In this document: in pieces, positions 39,001 through 50,800 of the stretch
Position numbering within the stretch: the stretch's first letter is position 1
How the letters are laid out: the number at the start of each line of letters is the position of its first letter
Program-made: the position numbers and the translations under genes
Assembly (NCBI GenBank): GCA_000388065.2
Contig: KB932203.1
DNA from: Fonticula alba ATCC 38817
Lineage: Eukaryota; Protista; Nucleariida
DNA: 55,497 bases
Direction: 5' to 3' (one strand)
Notes under the pieces: model-generated
The model's database searches: none
Seen by the model: the letters and a program-made list of their open reading frames with translations, nothing else
Told to the model about the DNA's origin: nothing

Positions 39001-41807
39001 GGGGGATGACACACGGACACGGACAGGGATACGCACGCGGATGCGCGGAAGGGGGAAGAGCAAGGAGGCAGGGAACGTCACTGGTCAGGGACATGCGAGG
39101 GGGGATTTCAAAGCCAGGAGGGGCTCTGTGCCCTGATCCAGGGCGCTGGGGGGAGGGGGGGGGGGGGGGGGCGGGGGGCGGGGGGCACGCACATGCAGGT
39201 CGGCCATCTCAGCCGGGTCGGCCGGCAGCAGGCACCCCCGGGCACGCTCCATGGCCCGGTAGGACTCGGTGAAGCCGAGCCCATACGACCGGCCAAGGAT
39301 GCTGCACTTGCGGAAGAGCATGTGGTTGCGTGTCAGGGTGCCAGTCTTGTCGGCGAAGACGAAGTCCACCTGGCCGAGAGCCTCGCCGATGTTCGGCGTC
39401 CGAGCCACGGTCGGCGTGCCGGTGGCCTCGTGGAAGAGCTTCAGGTCGCGGCTGACGAAGAATGCCTGGTAGATTTTGACAATCTCGATGGTGATGTACA
39501 GACTGACGGCAAGACCGGCCGATGGGGTCCAGGCAGCGCGGCGCAAGGAGCAGGCCGGTCAGCATCCGGGATGCGAGCGCGGGCCGCAGGCGCGGCAAAG
39601 CGGGCGCAAGGGGGGAAAGAGAAAGAGGGACAAGGTGTGTTGGGAGAGAATGGCCCGAGGTCGGACTTGCGGCTGGGAGGGGAGGGGGGGGGGGATGATG
39701 CGCGCCCGCCTACGCCCGTACCTGATCGGGATGATGGTGTTGTAGAGGATGATGAAACTGACAAACTGCGCCACCAGGTCCTTGGCCGTGCCGCGCTTCG
39801 TCACGCCCAGATACCAGGCGAAGGCGCCGGTCACCGGATCCGGCCGAAGGTGCTTGCGATTCCAGTTGATGTAGCAAATCAGGCAGATGATGGACATGAG
39901 AATCAGCAGGCCGAAGATGAAGGCGATCTGCCGGTTGACGGTCTTCTCCAGGAGGGACTTCTTCGGCGGCAGGGCCTCGGCATTGAGCATGAGCTTGGTC
40001 TGGTGCCCGGTGTAGAGGACCACCCCGAAGATGGCGGTCGTATTGCGCAGGCGCGTCCCGCGAAGGATCATCTGGTTGGGCCCCACCGGGAAGGACCGGC
40101 CGTCGGCCAGCTGCAGAGTCCCCTCGAAGCTGTAGAGTGACCGGTTGGGCGCCTCGTACTCGATGGCAGCTGCACGGGGGGATCGGGTGAGTGGCTGGTC
40201 GGGTCTCGGTCGCCGGCCGGAGCCATGAGGGCGGCACACGTACCGGCCATGGTGCGGACCTGCTCCACGGTCTGGAAGGCATTGGTCACCGGCAGGGCCT
40301 GGCGCGTTTTGAGGTTGGTCTCGCTGGGGGGGGGGGGGGGGGGGGGGGCAATGTTAGAGCAACATCCGCACGCAGAGCACCCACTCGGCCATCCGGCAGG
40401 CAGGGCCGGCGGAGGGAGGCACAAGGCACAGCCGCACCCGTCAAGCTGCGAGGTCTCAATGTGGCAAAGCCCATCGTCGGCAGTCGAGGAGATGAGGAAC
40501 AAGTCCGCCGGGGCCGGGTCCCCATCACGCAGCATGACAATGTCGCCACTGCGGAGCTCTGGCCCGGGCGCCGGCGCACATTGTGGTCGGGGGGGGGGGG
40601 GGGGGGGGAAGGGACGCGCGTCAGTGAGCCGCTCCGGACCATCGGCCAGCGGTAGAGAGGGGCGTGAAACGCCGGAGGCCCCCGACCCCACCCCCTCGCC
40701 CATGGGGGGTGAGAAGCATGGCCGGAAGTGGACAAGCGCAAGCCCCGCCCAGGCGGGCTTCTCGCACGGACGCACCACTCCACCGGATCTCCCGGAGCTC
40801 CTCTTCCACATGCTCAAGGTGGTAATAGTCCGACATGAAGTCGGTCCCGGTGCCAAGGCTGAAGATGGATGTGAACCAATTCCGCGCCTTGACCCTGGCC
40901 ACGTAGGGCCGCAGAACTTGGGTCTTTTGCCGGTTGGTCAGGATGTCCTGGCGCCGGCGCCGCTGTGACGTGCATACGCATGTGTGTGGCGCGAGGAGGG
41001 AGGGGGGGGAGTGAACAGGGGAGAGCATGGGGCGGAGGGCAAAGAGAGAGAGAGGGGGGGGAGCGGGGAGCGCGTGGGTGTCAGTGACAGGAGCAGGAAC
41101 ACGCTCAATAGACGGGGATCCAGCGCCCGGGCGGGTGCCAAGCAAAAGCGGGCCCATGCGCACGATGTCGAAGATCAGTTCCTTGATGCCGGTCAGGATG
41201 AGGATGATCACCAGCGGCACGAAGGTGTAGAAGCGTCCGGTGGGGGCCAGGCGAGTGGATGACATCTATCTCGCGCGGCCGGGCGCGATCCAGGCAAGCA
41301 AAGCCGGCGGTCCATGGCGAGGGCCGCAGAGTCAGAACCCGAGAGCGGGAGGAGGGCCCGGAGTGGGGGACACGCATGCGCGCCAAAGGGCGGGGGGAAG
41401 GGGCGGAGGAGCCGGCGCGATGTCTCGGCGCAAGCGCGCCCGCGAGAACACACCTGGATGGCCGAGATGCAGAGGAAGTAGAAGTTGGCCACGCGCTGGA
41501 ACTGCTCGAAGAGGAACTTCGGCAGGAAGTTGAAGGGGTTGTACTTGGCCGTGACGATGGTGTTGTCGCGGAGCCACACAAACGGCCGGCCCTTCAGCAG
41601 GCAGACGGGGTCAACGTCGCCGGCGGCTTCGGCCTCGGCCAGTGCCTCCGGGTGAAAGGGCGAGACCAGGAGACATTCGTTGAGCGGCCGGCGGTTGATG
41701 TGCACCTGCATGTACCAGGCCGGCTGGTTGATGCCGGCAGCCATGGTCGGCCCTTTGGCCGGCGCATCGGACGCCGTGTCTGCTGGGTGCCCCGGCTCGG
41801 TGGACAT
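34918..41807 (-). CDS. P4-type ATPase, phospholipid flippase (DRS2/ATP8-like), multi-exon
   Basis: Motifs: [30 protein letters not shown]|ETNLK, NTIIPIS|[20 protein letters not shown] (phosphorylated Asp), [27 protein letters not shown] and AIGDGAND, followed by C-terminal TM helices. The start codon is uncertain because a gap lies just upstream. Confidence 0.93.
36201..36270. repeat. 10-bp minisatellite AC(A/G)CCA(A/G)GGC x7 in a flippase intron
   Basis: Read directly from the sequence. Confidence 0.85.
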
Positions 41808-44800
41808 CCTCGACCTGTTGGGCCTACGGGCCTGCGAGAGCGCCAGGGGGGGGGGGNNNNNNNNNNNNNNNNNNNNNNNNNNNNNNNNNNNNNNNNNNNN
41901 NNNNNNNNNNNNNNNNNNNNNNNNNNNNNNNNNNNNNNNNNNNNNNNNNNNNNNNNNNNNNNNNNNNNNNNNNNNNNNNNNNNNNNNNNNNNNNNNNNNN
42001 NNNNNNNNNNNNNNNNNNNNNNNNNNNNNNNNNNNNNNNNNNNNNNNNNNNNNNNNNNNNNNNNNNNNNNNNNNNNNNNNNNNNNNNNNNNNNNNNNNNN
42101 NNNNNNNNNNNNNNNNNNNNNNNNNNNNNNNNNNNNNNNNNNNNNNAGTGAAGAAAGACAGAGAGGGAGGGAGAGAGACGCGAAGAGGAGGGGAGTGTGT
42201 ATGTGTGTGTGGGTGTGTGTGTGCCGGTGGGAGGAGGGACGAGAGGGGCAAGGAGACACAGGAGGAGGCAGGGGCCCGGTGATGGCAGGACAGAGTGTGG
42301 GCTTTCCGGCCGCCAAGCGGCACGCCAGCGCCGGGGGGGCACCCGAAAAGGCATTTGCCTGCCCAGCGGCTGGCAGGTGGTGATGACCGAGGATGTTGGG
42401 GGGGGGGGGGGGGGCTTAGATCGCCGTGCATACGCGCTCGCGGCAGGAGCTAGCCTGAGCGCTTGGCCCCCTGTGGGGCAATAGCGCGCGGCGGGCTCGG
42501 GACCAGGAAACAACAGCATACTGGGGTCGGCCCCAGACCGCTCCTGAGGAGGGTCCCCCTCCCTGACCGGGGTGCGGGAGGGGGGGGGGGGTCGTGCGCG
42601 CCTGAGCATGGCGATCCGCGCCGCCCAGTGATTCGCGCTCGTCGGTGCCCCTCTCTCGGCCTCCAGCGGTCGCCGGGAAGGACCCGACACACCCGCAGCA
42701 CCGGCCGCATCGGGAAGAGATGGCGTGCGCGCGCACGCCAATGCGTCCACGGTCCCAATCAGCATGGCTCCCCCGGCGGCCGCGCGAGCCTACACTCGCA
42801 CCGGCCGGCGCCCGCCCGTGGGAAGACGCCCCGGCCGCCAGCGGGGTTGGGTCCAGGGCTGGGCGGTCGCGTATGGGCCCCGGGGCCCTGCCTGTCACTC
42901 GGGGAGATCGCGCGCGCGCGCGCGCGCACGAGTGCCAGTCACACCGGATCGCGAGCTTCTCCGGCTATTTTCCCCGGGCCCAGCCAGACGTGCCATCCGC
43001 CAGGCCGGCGTACGTCGTCCCGCCCCGCATCCACCCACAGGGACATGATGCCACTCCAGATCTTGGGTCCCGCGTGTGCGTCCCTCCCCCCCCCCCCCCC
43101 CGGGTGCGACGCCGCTCCCGTGCCCCGCCTGGACATGACCGCGGCCCGCACCCGCGGCCCCGCCGCCCGGGTCGGCCGGACCAGCACCCGAGCACATTCC
43201 CGGGGATGCTGGGGTGCCCCAGGCACTGCTGGGTCTTTTTTTCGCTTCGCACCACCCGGTCTCCCCTCACCCCCTCTCCGCCGTCCGGGCGGGGAGGGGG
43301 GGGGGGCGAGGCCCGGAACAGCAGCAGGGGATGCGGGATTTCCCGGTGGCACGGCTCTTCCTCGCCGATGACCCCCCCCCCCCCCGGGCAATCAGATGTT
43401 TGCAGGGACCGCGATCTCAGGGCTATCCATGCTGGCAAAACACCACCTCGGCCTCGGCCCGGCGCGCCGGTTATTCGGCGGCCTGGAGAGCAAGCCGCGC
43501 CCTTCGGCGCGCCCGCGCGCGCGAACTCCACACAACACATACCGGGCATGACCTCGCACTGCGATCGAGGCCCCTTGCGTCGGCCCCTCGCGTCGGCCCC
43601 TTGCGTCGGTCGGCTGTTCGCCCTGGCCGACGGTCGGCCGTGAGTTCGCGCCTGAGCCCCCCAATCGAAGGCGAGTACCCACGGCTACGGCCGATCGTCC
43701 GGCCGCCTGACCGCGCCCACGGCATCTGGCGGGGTCTGACTGGCTGCCTGCTTCTCGGCACGCCCCATTCTGCCCCCCCCCCCCCCACACACACACACCC
43801 CACCGATCCCTGGGCGCGGGACTGGTATCCCCCATTCCGGCCCGGCACATCCGGCCATAGTTCCTGATCTTCCGGCTGACAAATTAACGAAACGCCTGTG
43901 GCCGCTGTCAGGAAAGGCAATGTGGCGGTCCTCCGGCGCCGGGGGCCGCCTTGCCGCGCCTCGCCCACGCTCCTGACTCGCCCCGGCACGCTGGGGGTAG
44001 CCCCAGCTCGCGCACGCTTGCCCTGGGACGCGCGGCCCCACCGTCCCAGGGCCTGCGGCCCGGACGCCGGCAGGAGCCGACACTCGAGGCCCATCACCAA
44101 CCAACCCCCCGGCCCCATGGGCCCAGGAGCACGGTCGTTGGCCGACCGACCCGGCCCGAACAATCGACAGGGCGCCATGTCTCGCCCAACGCCTCGCCGC
44201 CCCCGCCCCCCTTCCTGAAGCCTGGCGGTGGGGTTCCTCGACTGGCCGATGGCCCCCGCTCCGGTTTCCGCCCGCGCGCACGCCCAAGAGTTTGAGGGGC
44301 CGCCCAGGCGCGAGCGCCATTCCACCCTTTCAGGTCCAGGCACATGGCCAATCGCACCCGGGCGCCTGCTCTCGTCTACTCGAGCCCCCCCCCCCTCTCC
44401 CGCCCCGTCCATCAAGCCTTGTCGTGCTGGCCGTCGCACGGATGCCGGCACCCCCGGGCGCGACATGGCAGGCATGTCGGCGCCCCCGGCCGTTCTCTGT
44501 CGGACCCAGCACCCACCCACACCTGCCGGGCGCGTGCGGGAGGGGGAGGACGGCGAGGGCGCCCGAGCCCTGCCATCCGTGTCGCCAAGAACCCTGCCGA
44601 GATCCCGGAAGCATGCTGCCTCGCTTGGCTGTCCCGCCCGGCCGGCCTCCGATCCCAATCGGCCTTTCCAGAAGACCCGCGCGCCCGGCGTTCTTCGGTC
44701 CTGTGTCCTCTGTGCTTCGTCCCCGCGAACAGGGCGACTACAAGCCGCGCAGCCCCTGCACCACGGCAAGGGGGCCTTTGACCCCTGGCGCGGACGTCCT

Positions 44801-47326
44801 CACCGGGGCATCGGACGGCATTCCTGCGGAGAAGGGCCATCCCTCCAGTGGTGCTGGCATGAGAGCCCGCCAGTGTCTGTACGCGCGCGCGCGCGCGCGT
44901 GTGTGTGTGTGTTCGTGTGTGCCTTGGCCTCTCTTCCGGCCCCGGCCACGGCGCTTGAGCGCAGAACGACCCCGAATGGAGCCCGCTCGCCGGAGCAACT
45001 ACCCCCGAAGCCATCGGCCTCGACCGACCATGCCGCCCTTCGCCAGGTTGAACCGCCGTCGAGTGGCCCCTGCCCCGCCCGATGGCGCCAGCCAAGGCCT
45101 TCAAGAGGCCGCGAGAGATAGAGAGAGAGGGGGGGGGGCGGGAGAGGAGGGGGGGCGCCGAGGCACTACACCGGGCGTATCGAGTATGATGGCCCGCATG
45201 CGGCCCTGCGTCGCCCTCCCCCCCCCCCCCCCGACCGTGATCGGGCCGGGCCCTCCTTCCGGGGTGTCGTTCCCCCCCTTCCCCCCCTCCCCCCCGGCCG
45301 ACATGTCCGGCCCCGATGGCCGGAAATAAAGACCCTCTCGCCACCACGGCCAGGCAGCCAGGCATCTGTGCGCGACCTCCTGGCTGACAGCAACGTACCT
45401 GCGCCTGTGCTCGCGGCCACACCACAGCGGGCACCTGCCCGGCCGGCTGGCGCGGCCTTTCCCTTCTCAAGCCCGCCGGGCCCAGCCCACCAACCAAGGG
45501 GGACCAGAGGGGCGAGGGGCGCAGCAAGGGGCCGCCTCGCGCCCCTGGCCGCCCAGGCCCCAGATGGGGTTGCTCTGAGATGTCGGCCCCTTGGGGCCTT
45601 CCCGCCCCCGGCCTCCCCCCGTCCCCTCTCCCCACCCTCTCCCCCTCGGCCCGAGGACCGCCCCCTGTCTCTGGCGGGAGTTCATTCCCGCCCTCACTGG
45701 CACAGCGGGATGCCGGGCCTTTCCCGTCCCGTCCCGTCCCGATGAAGGAGGCCCCTGTCGCAGCGGCCTCCCCGCCCCCGCTTGCCAGCAAATTGAGGTC
45801 CCCTATCTCGGCGGAGATTACGCGCTGGGGTCCGCCACGACCGGCTCCCCCCGGCGACACATGTACACACACACACACACATGCACAAATGCGCACAGGA
45901 AGAGACACGCACATATGGGTCCATTTAAGTCCCCACACATGCGGGGGACAAATATGCCCCAGGCACACTGCTCTGCTGGTGCATGGTCATATATGCGCGC
46001 GCGCACGCGTGCGTGTGTGTGTGTGTGTGTGTGGACGCGAGGACGCGCGGCTGCGGCGTGTGCACATGAACGTACAAATTCCCCCACCTCCTCTTCATTC
46101 GGCCCCCCCTCTCCCCCGCAGCCCATCCTACCCACCCCGGTCTGGGTTGACAAGCAGCCGCGTCCACCCACCCGAGACCATTCCCCCGGGCCCGGGGACC
46201 ACCGCCGGGCCTCCCGACACTGCCTCCCCTTCGCGGTATTCATTATAGCAGGCGAATGAGCAAACACGGTGGGTGTCGTGGTCGAGGCTGTCGTCGTGGC
46301 CGCTGCCGTCGCCGTCGCCGTCGCCGCTGCCGCTGCCGCCGCCTCCCCATGTTTGGGCCGGCCATCAGGCAGCCCCACCCGGCTGTCGGTTCGGCTGGGC
46401 AAGAAAAAAAAACGGGTCGCCACGTCGGGGCACGGCGCGAAGTGTTGTGGGCTTTTTCCCCCATCCGGCGGCCCCGTTGCACAGGCATTTACAAGGCCCG
46501 GAAAACCCGGGGCCCGCCCAGCCTTGAAACGGGAAAAAAAAAACACACACACACCAAATACTCCGGGCAGGGGCCGCGCCCCGGGTGTGTGTGTCGGTCT
46601 CCGGCCAGGTACGAAGGCCCAGTCTGGCAGCGCAAACACCCCGACGAAAGCCCCGGCTCTGCCGCGGGCCGGGGGGTGGGGCGCTGCCATGGGCGCTCTG
46701 GGGCGCCCCTGTGTGGACGCACGTCCCCCCGTCCATGCACAGGTCGCCTGAGGTGGGCCGGCATTCGCCACAGCCCCGTGTCCGTGTGTGTAAAAAAAAG
46801 TAAAATGCCCAGCCAGGTGTACCCCCGGCCGGGCCGGCGCACCCCCATGACCACGTCGTATGCCGCCCGGGAAGGCGCCCTCCCCCCCCCCCCCGTGTGC
46901 GCGCGCCCGCCCGCCCGGGGCCGCCCCGGCTGGCGGCGCTTGAAACATTGTCCCAGGGAGCACGGCCCGGGGGATTGCGTCGCCAGGCCCGATGGCCAGG
47001 CCGCCAGCGCACCGGCCCCTCGAGTGAGTTGGCACTTGCGCCGGGTGCGGGGGATCCACACCGCCCGAGGGTGTTCTTGTGCCCCAGATGTGGCAACACC
47101 GAGGCGCGGCTTAACCCAAAGCAGCAAACGGCCGGCCCCGCCGAAAATGCGCCGTCCCACGGTTCCCCCAGCGGAAAAGCGGAAAAAGAGAGGGCGGGAA
47201 AAAGGCAGGGGGGGGAGAGAGGGATACATGCTTGCATGTGTAGAGGAGAAAGTGTATTGGTGCGTATCATGCGTGGGAGCGGGCACGATTTATGAGAAAG
47301 GAGAGGGGAGAAGGTCGAGAGAGGGG

Positions 47327-47362
<36 letters not shown>

Positions 47363-47848
47363 AGGACACGGCAGGTGTGGACAGGGGACAGGGGGAGGAA
47401 AGGAGGAGCAGGAAGAGCATGTGCGCCAGACAGGAAAGCACAGTCGTGCGAGTGCCGAGGAGCCATCCCGTGTAAGGAGAGAAAGAGGGGGGAGGGGGAG
47501 GAAGGGCAGGCCGGAGAAGAGGCCCCATATACACATGGGTGGCGGGCGCACGCGTGAGCCTCGCACACACCGATGTGCACGACGCCCCGGCTCGCTCCTC
47601 GGCAAGCCGACTTGCCTCCCGGCGCGCTCGGCGCCGGCGCGGTGCCACAGGGCGGGCTTCATTCCTCATGCTTCCTCCGGTGTCTTCCGGGGGGGGAGGG
47701 GGGGGAAAGCCAAGGACGGGCAGGCGCGGGGGGGAGGGGGAAAAAAGTCACTCACATGGCATCCCGTGTGCCCCGCCACACGCCGCTGCCCCCCCACACC
47801 CCCCCCCCCCCCCCCTTCACACTGCCAGCACACCGGGGACCGAGGCTC

Positions 47849-50800
47849 TCACTCGGTGGCGCCATACATGCGCAGCCGGTGCGCATGAAGATCACTCTGG
47901 TGGTCATCGGCCGTGCCGGACATCTGCTGCACCGAGCCGCCGGCCGAAGAGGACCCGGCATCCACATCATTGATGACCGGAGCAGCCATGAAGCCATCGA
48001 CGGTCGCCGCCGTGGCCGACCCGCCGGAATGCTGGTGGTGCTTGGCCGGCTTCCAAAGGTGCGCATCCTCATCATCATAATCCGCATGGCCCGGGCCGCC
48101 ATCGGACGACCAGCGGTAACCGCCGCCAGCCCCCCCGGCAGCGGCGTCGGTCATGGACGAGCCGGTCGGGTCGATGCGCGCACCGCCCGGGCCCACGCCG
48201 CTGGCCACAATGGTGGCGGCTGTCATGCCGCCGGCCACCGGGGCCGGGCCCACCAGGCAGAAGAGCGCCGGCAGGAAGATCTGCCCATGCAGGAACCCCA
48301 GGGCCACGATGGCCACATACATGCGGAAGTAGTAGACCACGAAAATTTGGCTCTGAGCAAAACCAAGAATGGCCACACCCAGGAGCTTGGTCACGGTGAT
48401 GCCGCTGAACACCGAGGCGCCCACCTCATTCAGGGCATACTGAGCGCGAGACACCCGGCAGTGGGCAATCGAAGCCGGGGTGGTGGTATACGCACGGACC
48501 GTGTGCGCGGTGAACTCCACCGCAATGCCCAGGGCCATGACCAGGTTCACCAGCGACACGGCATTCAGGGTGATCCCCCAAATGGCCATGACACCGGCCA
48601 GATTGGCCACGATCATCAGCACCGGCAGCAGGACAAACACCGCGGCCAGGAACTGGCCCAGGATCAGCCACGACACCAGGAACACCGCGGCCGACGCGGC
48701 ACCCAGCACCACAAAGGCCACCGGCACAATGGTCAAATACTGCTCGAAGTAGATGTGCCAAATGGAGTACGGGTAGGCGGTCAGCTGGCCGGGGTACTCC
48801 TCGGCCACGCGGTCGGCCACGCGCAATGCCTGCCGATACGCATGGATGTAATCCGCCTGCGTGACCAGCACCGTGTGGTAAGTACGGAAGTGCGAGGCCT
48901 CCACCGAGGTCACCTCCGGCAGGGGGACAATGGCATCGCCATAGGCCGCGGCACCGGCACGCGGGCAATCCACCCCGGGGATGGCCTGCATGTAGAGGTC
49001 CAAATAATGCAGGAAGTCCTTGCCCTCCGGGCCGAGGTCCAGGTTGTTGAACTGCTCCATGTTGTAGCAGGTCCGGCACCGGACACTCAGCGGGTCCTCG
49101 TCGGCCTGGCAGAAGATCGACGGATCCGACCGCTGGACTCGGCAACAGCGCTTGTTGATGGGGTTCAGCCAGGACAGGTAGTCATCGATCCAGGAAGCCG
49201 GATTCAGGGTGATGAAGGACTCCTCCGACCGGGTGGTCTCCTCCACCAGGATGTTGGCCACCGAGTAGACATCGCACCCGTGGAAGCCGCCACACAGCTG
49301 GGCCTTGCCCTCGGTGGTGGTGGCATTGCCGCCCTGCACCACGAAGTACACCGGCGCGCCGACCATCAGCAAGTTGGCCTGGTCATGGAAGTAGGGAATC
49401 AAGTACGAATCGTCCGGCAGGGCGATGGTCTGGTCCAGGCCCAGCTCCACGTGCGGGATGAGCGACACCCCGGCCACCAGCAGGGCCCCAAAGGCCAGGA
49501 CAATCGAGATGCGCAGCCAGCGGATGGCCAGCAGCGGGGAAACCCGCTGCTCCACGAAGCGCTGCAGCATCCCCGGCGGATCGACCACCGGCGCGGCCAG
49601 GCGCTCATACTGGTCCGGGGAGGAAGCCGAAGAAGAGGCACCGATGGGGCCGCCGTCGTGGGCAATCGACATGCCGGCCTCCTCGGCCGAGGTCATGCCA
49701 TTGGTGGCGCCCTCCTGCTCCTCCTCGTGGCCCAGGTAGTCCGGGCCGCCGCCGGCGGTGCCGGCGGTCAGGGACTTGTTGTCGACCAGGCCCTCCGGCC
49801 CGGCCAGCGTCTCGGGCGACAGCTGGATGCATGGCAGGCAGTCCACCCGCCGGGCCTCCCGGCGCCGGGCATCCGCCGACAGCAGCGCCATGAACACCGT
49901 GATCTGCAGCAGATACCCGATGAAGACCGACACCGCGGAGTACAGGGCAAAGGAGTTGACCGCCGGCATGGTGACAATGACACCCAGCAGGAAGGCCACC
50001 GACTCCGACAAGGCCGACAGGGTGATGGACGGCCCGACCGAGGCCAGGGTGGCCGCCACGCGCAGGGACACCGGCCGCGACCGGTCCAACCGGTTGAAGG
50101 CATTCACCAGGATGAAGACATTGTCCACACCGACCGCCAGCACCAGGAAGGGGATGACCTCGGCGATGATCAGCGACGTCTTGTAGCCGATGGCACTGAA
50201 AATGCCGACAGCCGCCAGGAAGGATGACAGGCAGATGACCACACCGGCCACACCGAGCGTGAACTTGGTGTCCACCACGAAGCGCCGCATGGTGGAGAAG
50301 CTGCCGAGCGACAGCGACACATACAGGAACATGACCAAGTACGACACGGCAATCGTGGTGATGTCAGAGGTGGACCCGCGAGCGAGCTCGACCTCGACAC
50401 CGGACTGGGTGGTGGCAAGTATGCGCGTGCAGGGGGCGGGGGGGNNNNNNNNNNNNNNNNNNNNNNNNNNNNNNNNNNNNNNNNNNNGGGGGGGGGGGGG
50501 GGGAGAGAGAGGAACGGAGGGAGCATGGTGCCAGGACAGGGAGCAAGAAGACCGGAGAGGACGCACCTCCGTGAAGTAGGTAATACGCATGTGGGCATAC
50601 TCCGGCTTGGCCACCACATCGGCCATGTACCGAACGAACTCCTTCTCCCAGGCGTAGGCCATGTCGAGGAAGTGCTCGTCCAGGGAGTTGAGGTTGGCGT
50701 AGGTGATGACGAAGGCCTGGGCCGTCATGTAGTCGGTGTCCTCATAGCCGCCGAGGACGATCTGGGTCTTGAGCGGGTCCTGGAAGGACGGCAGGCAGGG

